A stretch of 64,000 nucleotides of DNA from a virus: the IMG/VR virus record IMGVR_UViG_3300047356_000838, positions 1 to 64,000 of that record; one strand, given 5' to 3'. Shown here piece by piece: positions 1 through 8,029 of this stretch. The notes beneath the pieces were generated by a model. That model did no database searches, was not told the origin of the DNA, and saw only the letters and a program-made list of their open reading frames with translations. A program made the position numbers and the translations under genes. Positions within the stretch are counted from its first letter, which is position 1. Each line of letters opens with the position of its first letter.

Positions 1-111
1 GAATACGTTATTCCAGACTTTGCAGAATACCCAAAGCCACTTAACGAATTTATTACAGGCGAACAAAACAGTTGCTTTAAAGCACATAGATACAAGGACC
101 TTCCGCAATGA
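1..111 (+). CDS. 3' end of a gene that begins upstream of the window (unknown product)
   Basis: Frame 1 is open from base 1 (EYVIPDFAEYPKPLNEFITGEQNSCFKAHRYKDLPQ) to TGA at 109-111, which overlaps the next ATG (ATGA). Confidence 0.7.
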   Translation, partial: EYVIPDFAEYPKPLNEFITGEQNSCFKAHRYKDLPQ

Positions 112-968
112 TTCCAGTTATAGATTTCAAAAGTGAATCAGTATTGGACGAGATTCGCGAGGCCTACACAACTGTAGGCTTTGCAGTCTTTACCAATTCG
201 CTAAACACGCAAGATCAAACAGATATGACTGTATGGTGGAAACTAATGCAGGACTTTTTTAATATTGATGCTGAAACAAAACAAAAATACAAATATCAAA
301 AAGAAAATAATTTGGGATATAGCATGGTTGGCGATGAGAATGTAGATCCAACCGCCCCCAAAGATATTAAAGAAAGTTTTAATTATAACAACAGTAGAAT
401 GCCTGAAGAACTATGGCCCACTGGTATAAATGGTTTTAAAGCAACTGCTCTGCAATCAATAGATATTGCAGATAGACTTACATTAAAGATATTAGAGAAG
501 TTTGATACAATATTAGACTGTGGCACTACACTAGTAGACGCACATCTAAAACCCTATAATACTACTAGAGTAATTCACTACCCTGCGTATACTGGTCCAC
601 TAGAGGACAAGCAGATGCGTATAGGTGAACACAGTGACTACGGCACCATCACACTGTTATGGCAGATCAATGATGTGCCAGGACTTGAAGTACAGGATTT
701 AGGAGGTGCTTGGCATCCCGTACCCTATGCAGAAGATGGTGTCGTAGTTAACATAGGCGATTTACTACAGCGTTGGACCAATGATTATTTTGTTAGCACC
801 AAGCACAGAGTAGTAAACACACACATTGACCAAACACGTTACAGCATGCCACACTTTGTAGATCCTACACCAGGAACTATTGTGCAGAACTTGCGTAACG
901 AGCCAAACAAGTATGATCCTATTGAAAGCAAGGAATACTTGATGTGGCGTTTAGCACAGAGTTATTAA
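108..968 (+). CDS. Isopenicillin N synthase-like 2OG-Fe(II) dioxygenase
   Basis: N-terminal IPVIDF...GF; HSDYGTITLL (HxD), VVNIGDLLQRWTND, HRV, RYSMPHF (RxS). Confidence 0.9.
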   Translation: MIPVIDFKSESVLDEIREAYTTVGFAVFTNSLNTQDQTDMTVWWKLMQDFFNIDAETKQKYKYQKENNLGYSMVGDENVDPTAPKDIKESFNYNNSRMPEELWPTGINGFKATALQSIDIADRLTLKILEKFDTILDCGTTLVDAHLKPYNTTRVIHYPAYTGPLEDKQMRIGEHSDYGTITLLWQINDVPGLEVQDLGGAWHPVPYAEDGVVVNIGDLLQRWTNDYFVSTKHRVVNTHIDQTRYSMPHFVDPTPGTIVQNLRNEPNKYDPIESKEYLMWRLAQSY

Positions 969-969
969 C

Positions 970-1344
970 ATGGATTTATTTCAAAAAGTAGACTTTATCA
1001 GTCATGCAGGCATTCCTATGAGTTGGAAAATTGAGTGTGATGCTATATCAAATGATGAATGGGCTGCACTAGCAAAAATGATCATGGAATATCAAACTGA
1101 ACCTTTTAGGGCAGCAATTGGTATTCCACGTGGTGGTTCGCCCTTGGGTTTTGCACTTAATGCATACTGTACTGACGATCCCAATCATAAGTTTCTCATA
1201 TGCGATGATGTGTATACAACAGGAACTAGTTTTAGAGAGTTCTTGGAGCAAGAAGGTCATGCCAGAGAAGATGTTTATTGTTGGACTGTGTTTGCTAGAA
1301 AGCCTACCACGGACGGTGTTCGCGCACTGTTTACTATGCCATGA
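970..1344 (+). CDS. Minimal type I phosphoribosyltransferase (OPRT-like)
   Basis: IGIPRGG pyrophosphate loop and LICDDVYTTGTS PRPP-binding motif. Confidence 0.8.
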   Translation: MDLFQKVDFISHAGIPMSWKIECDAISNDEWAALAKMIMEYQTEPFRAAIGIPRGGSPLGFALNAYCTDDPNHKFLICDDVYTTGTSFREFLEQEGHAREDVYCWTVFARKPTTDGVRALFTMP

Positions 1345-1880
1345 TAAAACATTATTTAGATCTTAAACAATACATTAGAAGTTATCAGGACTTTCCCAAA
1401 GAGGGTGTGGACTTTAAATGCACAGCAAGTTTATGTGCAGGTGAAGGCTTAAGACTTGTAAACAACTTTATGTATGATAACTTGCTAAAATATATGCCCT
1501 GCGATAAAATTGTAGGATTGGATGCTAGGGGTTTTATTTTTGCTGGTGTGCTTGCACACAGGACACGCTGTCCGCTAGTGTTATGTCGCAAACAGGGCAA
1601 ACTACCTGGTGCTACAGTAAGCAATACATTTGAACTTGAATATGGTACTGCTACAATGGAAATACAAAAAGACAGTATTAACAAAGGCGATAGAGTTATT
1701 ATTATAGACGACTTGATGGCCACTGGCGGCACTATGCAAGCAGCCATTGATATGATATATGAACTACATGCTACACCAGTTGCCATTGCTGTTGCAATGG
1801 ATTTGACTTATTTAGGTGGCAGTAAAAGTATAATACAGCAAGGAGTACCGTTTTATGCAGCAACAGAATACCAATCCTGA
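1341..1880 (+). CDS. apt: Adenine phosphoribosyltransferase
   Basis: DFPKEGV, GLDARGF, RKQGKLPG, LEYG, IIDDLMATGGT. Confidence 0.93.
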   Translation: MIKHYLDLKQYIRSYQDFPKEGVDFKCTASLCAGEGLRLVNNFMYDNLLKYMPCDKIVGLDARGFIFAGVLAHRTRCPLVLCRKQGKLPGATVSNTFELEYGTATMEIQKDSINKGDRVIIIDDLMATGGTMQAAIDMIYELHATPVAIAVAMDLTYLGGSKSIIQQGVPFYAATEYQS

Positions 1881-2169
1881 TCACAACATACCTGGCGAAC
1901 CACTAGTATATGAACGTGCCGCGGGCCTTGTATATGCAAGATATACAAATCCTGATCTGCGTCATATCAAACGTTGGATTATAGGCGGCGATCCTGAGGG
2001 ATTTATTCCCGGTACCGGTATGCCTAAACCTGAAGAATGGTTGCATTTTCTACAGTGTACTCCGGACTGGAACATCATGCAAAAGTCTGATAAACTACGA
2101 GAAATGTATACAGCGTTCCTCACAGAGCAAGACAAGTATGTTACATGGGAGAAACTAAATGGGCAGTGA
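1855..2169 (+). CDS. Hypothetical protein
   Basis: AGGAG upstream; overlaps both neighbours in operon fashion. Confidence 0.65.
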   Translation: MQQQNTNPDHNIPGEPLVYERAAGLVYARYTNPDLRHIKRWIIGGDPEGFIPGTGMPKPEEWLHFLQCTPDWNIMQKSDKLREMYTAFLTEQDKYVTWEKLNGQ

Positions 2170-2392
2170 CTATATCTTTGATGAAGATGACAATAGCATA
2201 GAAATTGATCCTAAAAATATAACTTGGAATGTAGACATGCATGGGTATCCTGTGTACGAAGACGTAGTAAAAGTACAAGCAGATCTTAAAGAACAGCAAC
2301 TTAGAGAGCAACACGCAGACCTTAAAAAAGCATATGATGACTATCAAGTACTGTTAGAAAAGTACGGTTTTTGGGATAAAATAACCAAATAA
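2159..2392 (+). CDS. Hypothetical protein
   Basis: Coupled ORF with a coiled-coil-like C-terminus. Confidence 0.65.
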   Translation: MGSDYIFDEDDNSIEIDPKNITWNVDMHGYPVYEDVVKVQADLKEQQLREQHADLKKAYDDYQVLLEKYGFWDKITK

Positions 2393-2436
2393 TAGGTTGA
2401 CGTACCTTTAAATTGTGCTATTATGAATAGTAAGTT
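2393..2436 (+). promoter_or_regulatory. Class A (probably early) phage promoter
   Basis: AGG-TTGACG-N16-TATTAT (TGC before the -10) followed by TAGTAAGTT; same architecture as four other copies. Confidence 0.75.
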
Positions 2437-2456
2437 GAGGTTTAGGAGAGTGTCAA

Positions 2457-5400
2457 ATGTTAAGTAAATCTTTTACAACTGTTTTATTGGCTAGTACAAC
2501 TGCTCTTGCTGCATGTGGCGGCGGTGGTGGTGGAGGTGGTGGCACACCTGGAACTACTCCTATTACAATTACAAACTTGGGCAGTGTAGATACAAACAGT
2601 ATTAGCAGTGGATTTGCCAGTGTTATACAGCAAGTATCCCAGGATGGCATGGTAGATGCTAAAGAAACTGTTGAAGTTTTTGAATGGGTAAATGCAAACA
2701 GCAACATTGATACAGCAGAACTTGCAAAGTATAATGTTGATATCAACGGTACTACCTACACACTAAAGCAAGCATGGAATATGCTTAAAGGTTACAAAGC
2801 ACTTTACTATGATGGTAAAGAAGGGTTTTGGTCTGCACTAGTAGACAGTGGCGAATACAATGATGAAAATGACACGTTTGTTGAACTAAAACAACTTGCA
2901 CAAAATGACGATCCCGACTTTGCTGAAGCAATTGGTAAAGGTGAAAAGACTGTTGAACAGTTTAAAGATGAAAAAGGTATTGTAGAAAAGCCAATTCTGG
3001 AAACTCCTGAAGAGCCAGTAGTTGAGGAACCAGTTGAAGACACTCCTGTAGTCGAAGAGCCAGTAGAAGAGACTCCAGTTGAGGAAGAACCTGTAGAAGA
3101 AGAGCCAGTAGTTGAAGAGCCGGTAGAGGAAACTCCTGAAGAAGAGATTCCTGTTGAGGAAGAGCCAGTTGAAGAAGAGCCTGTTGATGAAGTAGCAGAA
3201 GAAACTCCTGAAGAAGTTGTTACAATTGTAAGTGAAGAAACACGCACAGAAGCAGAGTATTGGTTACGTTTGGACAAGGTGGCATTGCCAGAAGAGATAT
3301 ACAGCACGGATGTTGAGAGTGTACAAGAAGGCGACTATACTGTAACTTACAGGGTAACAACTTTTATTACTCCGGAAACACACACTCATGTGTATGCAAC
3401 AGACACTTATACAACAACCACATACAGTGATGGTAGTGTTGTTGAGGAACTTACACTTCAAGCATTGCGTTACAGAGAGCCTGTTACAAAGTATCCAACT
3501 GCTACACAACGAGTAGAACGTTTAGAGATTGCTCGCGATTCTACTGGCAAAAAACAAGATGATTATGTAGAAGAAAGTGACCATGCGGACATGGGCACAC
3601 GCACTCCTGGATATGTTGCGGATGCAGGACATTATCAGACAGATGAGTTTGCCTACATAAGCAACAAACAACTCAGTGTTAGTAACTTTGATGTAGCATA
3701 CAGCCGAGGCTGGACTGGAAAAGGTTCAACTATTGTGATTGCAGACACAGGTGCATATACTGGACACACAGACTTAGATGGCAACATTAAGCATACAAAA
3801 GACTTTACAGGCACTGGAGTAGCAACTAGTTCTAATCACGGCACACACGTTGCAGGTATTGCTGGTGCTGAAAAAAATGGTGTTGGTATGCACGGTGCTG
3901 CATTTGATGCAGACCTTGCTATTGCAAAAGTTTCTGGTGGAAGCAGTTATAGTTTCAGTAATGCAATTAAGGCTGCTGAATGGGGCCAAAGCCTGGGCAG
4001 TGCTGCTATCAATGTTAGTGCAGAAATGAACTACGACAGTGCATTTCGCAAAAGCATTGTAAAGCAAGCAGAAGGCGTATACTATAGCACACATTGGTAC
4101 TATGGTGAGCATGGTTACAACGGTGCTGTTAATGAAGCAGTAAAGTGGAAAGCCGCACTTGGTGATGAGCAAGTTCTTGTTAAGGCAGCAGGCAATGCAG
4201 GCTGGGATTACAGTGCTGGCATGAACCAGATGGCTACAGCAACCGATGCAAATGGTAACCTTATACTTGATGGTCAAATGATCGTTGTTGGTAACTGGGA
4301 TCAAAACAACAACAAGATTAACAGTTCAAGCAACAAAGCAGGCACAGTTTGTGCAACTATGCAGAACGGTGTGTGTATTGATGCCGCAAAGATCAAAGAC
4401 TACTACATTATGGCTAACGGAACAGCAATTACTAGCACAGCAGAAAATGGTGGCTATGTTACAATGAGCGGTACCTCAATGGCTGCTCCTGTTGTTACAG
4501 GTGCTATTGCAGTGTTACATCAGATGTGGCCACACATGAAAGGCAAGCATTTGGTACAGTTAGTTTTGGTAACTGGCAACAAGGACATTGCAGGCTACGA
4601 TGAAAACGTTCACGGACAAGGTTTGTTGGACATGGACACTGCTACACGCCCTGTGGGTGCTACTGGTATTCCTACTACAGGACGTACCAACGGAGGCGTT
4701 AGTGCAGTAGCAGGTGGTGCAAACGTAGCGGGTGTTGCTGCAAGTCAGATGCAGGCACTTACAAGTGTTATGGTACTTGACAGTTTCGAGCGTGACTTTT
4801 ATATTGACCTCGGTGATATGACACAGGATGTTGATACTAGAACTGCTAGTGTTGCAGAGCAAATGGGTGCAATAAACTACTTTGCAGGTTACATGAACAA
4901 TGATCAACATGTGGCAGTACCTTTTGCATTAACAGAAAACAGCAACATTGAAGTGGGAGTTGGTAACAGCACTGGGCATTACTTGGGCAATAGTTTCCAA
5001 GGTACACTTGGTACAACTACAGACAGTAACACAGTCTATGCTAACTACAACTATACTAACGGTGGCTTTTACGCACAGGCTGGCATAGGTTATACCAGTG
5101 TAAACTTTGATATGAACAACAGCATGATGGTAGATGCAGAAAATGTAATAAGTACCACTGCTACTGCGGGTTATGAGTTTGCTCCTACTGAAGGACATAC
5201 ACTGGGCTTTGCAGTAAGTCAACCAGTTACAGTCGAAAGTGCAAAGTTTACTTACCGTGTGCCTACTAGCAGAACATTGGACGGTAATGTAATTACAGAA
5301 CTACAAACAGTGGACTTCCGCAACTCAGATCGTGAGATTGATTTGGGTACCTACTACAAGTTTGATATTACAAAAACTGGCATTAAACAAGTAGACACTG

Positions 5401-5519
5401 TTACAAACATGCTGGGCATACAAGGTAATGTTCGAGCATTTGCAGAACTACGCAACAAAATAGATAGCGTCAGCGAAATTGAAAAGCGCGGCGGTATTAA
5501 CTTAAACTTAAACTTCTAA
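2457..5519 (+). CDS. Lipoprotein subtilisin-like (S8) serine protease with an acidic linker and a C-terminal beta-barrel (autotransporter-like)
   Basis: Lipobox LAAC followed by poly-Gly; catalytic triad IADTG / HGTHVAG / GTSMAAP; oxyanion AAGN; amphipathic C-terminus ending LNLNF. Confidence 0.9.
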   Translation: MLSKSFTTVLLASTTALAACGGGGGGGGGTPGTTPITITNLGSVDTNSISSGFASVIQQVSQDGMVDAKETVEVFEWVNANSNIDTAELAKYNVDINGTTYTLKQAWNMLKGYKALYYDGKEGFWSALVDSGEYNDENDTFVELKQLAQNDDPDFAEAIGKGEKTVEQFKDEKGIVEKPILETPEEPVVEEPVEDTPVVEEPVEETPVEEEPVEEEPVVEEPVEETPEEEIPVEEEPVEEEPVDEVAEETPEEVVTIVSEETRTEAEYWLRLDKVALPEEIYSTDVESVQEGDYTVTYRVTTFITPETHTHVYATDTYTTTTYSDGSVVEELTLQALRYREPVTKYPTATQRVERLEIARDSTGKKQDDYVEESDHADMGTRTPGYVADAGHYQTDEFAYISNKQLSVSNFDVAYSRGWTGKGSTIVIADTGAYTGHTDLDGNIKHTKDFTGTGVATSSNHGTHVAGIAGAEKNGVGMHGAAFDADLAIAKVSGGSSYSFSNAIKAAEWGQSLGSAAINVSAEMNYDSAFRKSIVKQAEGVYYSTHWYYGEHGYNGAVNEAVKWKAALGDEQVLVKAAGNAGWDYSAGMNQMATATDANGNLILDGQMIVVGNWDQNNNKINSSSNKAGTVCATMQNGVCIDAAKIKDYYIMANGTAITSTAENGGYVTMSGTSMAAPVVTGAIAVLHQMWPHMKGKHLVQLVLVTGNKDIAGYDENVHGQGLLDMDTATRPVGATGIPTTGRTNGGVSAVAGGANVAGVAASQMQALTSVMVLDSFERDFYIDLGDMTQDVDTRTASVAEQMGAINYFAGYMNNDQHVAVPFALTENSNIEVGVGNSTGHYLGNSFQGTLGTTTDSNTVYANYNYTNGGFYAQAGIGYTSVNFDMNNSMMVDAENVISTTATAGYEFAPTEGHTLGFAVSQPVTVESAKFTYRVPTSRTLDGNVITELQTVDFRNSDREIDLGTYYKFDITKTGIKQVDTVTNMLGIQGNVRAFAELRNKIDSVSEIEKRGGINLNLNF
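3003..3215 (+). repeat. Coding low-complexity repeat (P-V-[VE]-E-[ET] pentapeptides)
   Basis: TPEEPVVEEPVEDTPVVEEPVEETPVEEEPVEEEPVVEEPVEETPEEE...; degenerate 15-nt DNA units such as GAAGAGCCAGTAGTT. Confidence 0.9.
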
Positions 5520-5528
5520 GGAGACACT

Positions 5529-5663
5529 ATGTTTAGAAAAATGTTAGATTGGTATGAAAGCCATGATGGATTAGAAATACTAGTAATGGCTTTTTGTATG
5601 AGTGCATTTGCTGTGATTATATACACATTCCTTGCAGAAGTAGTTTCAAGGATTGTGGGATGA
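5529..5663 (+). CDS. Small membrane protein (44 aa), not in the ORF track
   Basis: AAGGAG then ATG at 5529; MFRKMLDWYESHDGLEILVMAFCMSAFAVIIYTFLAEVVSRIVG; one hydrophobic helix; TGA overlaps the next ATG. Confidence 0.75.
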   Translation: MFRKMLDWYESHDGLEILVMAFCMSAFAVIIYTFLAEVVSRIVG

Positions 5664-5842
5664 TCAGTAAGCCAGCAAAAGTTATTGCAATAGAAGAAGA
5701 AATAGTGTATGCTAAGAGTTGTTTACAACCACATGACACAGGGCATATTCATACTGCAATAGGCTGGATGGAACGTAGAGTAGAAGTGCTAAAAGCAGAA
5801 CTACTTGCTCAGGGAGTAAAAGTAGAGTTCAATGGCAAATAA
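5660..5842 (+). CDS. Small helical hypothetical protein
   Basis: ATGA coupling favours a start at 5660 (MISKPAKVIAIEEEI...) over 5594. Confidence 0.7.
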   Translation: MISKPAKVIAIEEEIVYAKSCLQPHDTGHIHTAIGWMERRVEVLKAELLAQGVKVEFNGK

Positions 5843-5981
5843 TCATATAGCAATTCTAAAACTAGAAATTGCACTTGCTGAAGAAAAAATGAAATACAGT
5901 ATTGCTATGAAACCTATTGTTGTTTATATGCAAAAAAGAGTGGAGGAACTAGTTTCCCAGGGAGAAGCAGATGACAAATAA
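5832..5981 (+). CDS. Small hypothetical protein (49 aa), probable paralogue of the preceding ORF; not in the ORF track
   Basis: MANNHIAILKLEIALAEEKMKYSIAMKPIVVYMQKRVEELVSQGEADDK; fills the gap with overlaps on both sides. Confidence 0.7.
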   Translation: MANNHIAILKLEIALAEEKMKYSIAMKPIVVYMQKRVEELVSQGEADDK

Positions 5982-6423
5982 AAGATACATCACGCAAGAA
6001 GATATAAAGCACTCGTGCTTGGACATTGTACAGCAGATGTACAAGGATGATTGGCGTCCTGACTTTATCGTGGGTGTTACTCGCGGCGGTTTGTGGCCCG
6101 CTATGATGCTTAGTCATTATCTTGGAATTAAAATGTTCACACTGGATGTGCGCATGCGTGATGGTGATGAAAAAGAACACTGCGAATGGCTAATAGACGA
6201 AGCAACATGTGGAACCAATATTCTAATTATTGATGATATTAATGACACAGGCGAAACATTTACTTGGATACGCAATGACTGGGGGGTGTTAGAAAACAAC
6301 CTAAGATTTGCCGCACTAATAGATAATGTTCCAAGTCAATTTGATGTAGATTATAGTAGTATTGAAATTAACAAAGCAGAAGATCCAGCATGGATTGTAT
6401 TTCCTTATGAGGAGTGGTGGTAA
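5971..6423 (+). CDS. Xanthine/guanine-type phosphoribosyltransferase
   Basis: VGVTRGG, LIIDDINDTGET, WIVFPYE C-terminus. Confidence 0.88.
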   Translation: MTNKRYITQEDIKHSCLDIVQQMYKDDWRPDFIVGVTRGGLWPAMMLSHYLGIKMFTLDVRMRDGDEKEHCEWLIDEATCGTNILIIDDINDTGETFTWIRNDWGVLENNLRFAALIDNVPSQFDVDYSSIEINKAEDPAWIVFPYEEWW

Positions 6424-6653
6424 TGATTATTAAAAAGATTGAATATCATAGTGTACACAGTCATATGACATATGATCTGGATGATGAAGATATCGTTGCT
6501 GAATTTGGCAGCATGGAAGCATTTGAAAAACACTATGACGAAGAGTCAGATGAGTTTTATGAGTTTGTAAACAATCATGATTATGACAGAGAAGACGATT
6601 GGTTCAGTGATCGCAAAGGTGGATATGACATTGAATGGAGTATTGAAGAATGA
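6423..6653 (+). CDS. Small acidic hypothetical protein
   Basis: TAATG coupling at 6421-6425; GAGGAG upstream. Confidence 0.7.
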   Translation: MIIKKIEYHSVHSHMTYDLDDEDIVAEFGSMEAFEKHYDEESDEFYEFVNNHDYDREDDWFSDRKGGYDIEWSIEE

Positions 6654-7231
6654 GTTTGATTACAGAATATCCGGACTGGGTTGATGAAAATATGCTAAAA
6701 AATCTTTGGGGCAGTACTGTATGTCAGCCTCGTTGGTTCTTTGGACAAAAATCAAACAATGATACTGTATATCCAATGTGGGGGCAGGCTTTTTACGATA
6801 CATTTAACGGTGAGTATAAAGAAGATGCTAACCAATGGGTAAGAGAAGTTGGTGACCGTTTCCTGGATATCTGCGGTGATGAATACATTATGGTTCGCAG
6901 TATGCTTGCTGGTAACACATACGGACAAGATGGTGATATCCACGATGATTGGCTTGTACCAGGTGAAAGTCTGACAGGCGTACTGTATCTTAACCGTCGT
7001 TGGGAGGACAACTGGGGCGGTGAAACTGTTGTTTATAACAGAGAAGATACAAGGAAAACAGAGATAAGTAAGTTTGAAGCAGGCAAACTTATTGTGTTTG
7101 ATGGAAGCAATCCACATATTGGAAAAGGTCCTCAACGTGCTTGTGGAGAACTGCGTTGTATTATTGCAGTTCAAGCAGTTAAACAGGATGCTTGGCAAAA
7201 ACATCTTGACAAAATGCGTAATAAATCATAA
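6650..7231 (+). CDS. 2OG-Fe(II) oxygenase (prolyl-hydroxylase-like)
   Basis: HDD, LYLN..W...WGGET, VFDG..PH, downstream R. Confidence 0.88.
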   Translation: MSLITEYPDWVDENMLKNLWGSTVCQPRWFFGQKSNNDTVYPMWGQAFYDTFNGEYKEDANQWVREVGDRFLDICGDEYIMVRSMLAGNTYGQDGDIHDDWLVPGESLTGVLYLNRRWEDNWGGETVVYNREDTRKTEISKFEAGKLIVFDGSNPHIGKGPQRACGELRCIIAVQAVKQDAWQKHLDKMRNKS

Positions 7232-7234
7232 AAT
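7206..7234 (+). promoter_or_regulatory. Class B sigma70-type promoter for queD
   Basis: TTGACA(7206-7211)-N17-TAAAAT(7229-7234). Confidence 0.8.
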
Positions 7235-7240
7235 ACACTT

Positions 7241-7291
7241 AGACGTCTTAGGTTCGTCCGTCTTTAAACATTCCGCCCTATAACATAGGAG
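7241..7291 (+). ncRNA. Candidate structured 5' leader (preQ1-I-like pseudoknot competing with an SD-sequestering hairpin)
   Basis: Stem AGACG/CGUCU with a 13-nt loop U...C; loop UAGG can pair with CCUA(7277-7280), which alternatively forms CCUAU-AAC-AUAGG over the SD. Confidence 0.4.
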
Positions 7292-7299
7292 TAGGTATT

Positions 7300-7782
7300 A
7301 TGCCACATTATTCAACAAAAACATACGGACACAACATTGGTCTTAGTGCAGTGTTCCGTCAACCACATGCAGATCATTCACACTGCAGATTCTTGCATGG
7401 ATACAGTCTAGCATTTAAATTTACATTTAGTGCAAGTGAATTGGATCATCGCAACTGGGTACAAGACTTTGGTGGCCTAAAACCATTAAAGCAATGGCTC
7501 GAGGAACAGTTCGATCATAAAGTTGTTATTGACAGTGAAGATCCTCACATGGAAGATTTTTATCATTTAGAGAAACTTGGTCTTGCAGAGATCACAGTGA
7601 TGGATGGTGTTGGTGCAGAAAAGTTTGCAGAACATGCATGGCGGTTTGCAGATGAACTTGTGCGCAATCAAACAGCAGGGCGTGTGCAGTGCGAAAGTGC
7701 AGAGTGCAGCGAGCATGGCGCAAACAGTGCTATCTATACACCATGGAATGTGCGCAAGGAGCGTTTTGCAGATGATGCGTGA
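7300..7782 (+). CDS. queD: 6-carboxy-5,6,7,8-tetrahydropterin synthase (QueD-like)
   Basis: HCRFLHGYS, WVQDFGGLK, FDHK, GAEKFAE, SEHGANSAIY; next to queE. Confidence 0.88.
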   Translation: MPHYSTKTYGHNIGLSAVFRQPHADHSHCRFLHGYSLAFKFTFSASELDHRNWVQDFGGLKPLKQWLEEQFDHKVVIDSEDPHMEDFYHLEKLGLAEITVMDGVGAEKFAEHAWRFADELVRNQTAGRVQCESAECSEHGANSAIYTPWNVRKERFADDA

Positions 7783-8029
7783 ACTAGATGCAAGACAACA
7801 ACTAATGGTAATCACTGCAGAAGAATGTGGCGAACTAGTGCAAGTATGCAGTAAAATATTACGTCAGGGAACCTTTGATAAAAAGCGTGAGCATCTTGTT
7901 GAAGAACTCGGCGATGTATACTGCATGATGCAACTTATTCAGGAATGGGATATTGTTAGTTGGCAAGAACTAGAAGATCGTGCAGAAGTTAAGCGAGCAA
8001 AACTTAGTAAGTGGAGTGAACTAGTATGA
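7772..8029 (+). CDS. MazG-like all-alpha NTP pyrophosphohydrolase
   Basis: EECGEL...EELGDV motif; AAGGAG upstream; start reassigned from 7604. Confidence 0.82.
   Translation: MMRELDARQQLMVITAEECGELVQVCSKILRQGTFDKKREHLVEELGDVYCMMQLIQEWDIVSWQELEDRAEVKRAKLSKWSELV

Noticed and set aside
3003-3215. Possible CRISPR-like or non-coding repeat array
   Set aside because: Degenerate in-frame coding repeat with no constant repeat plus unique spacers
7604-7771. Track start of the MazG-like ORF (likewise the starts at 5594, 18081, 18904, 19553, 20194, 25610, 26816, 27425 and 40460)
   Set aside because: These extensions overlap upstream genes or promoters; downstream starts have SD or coupling support
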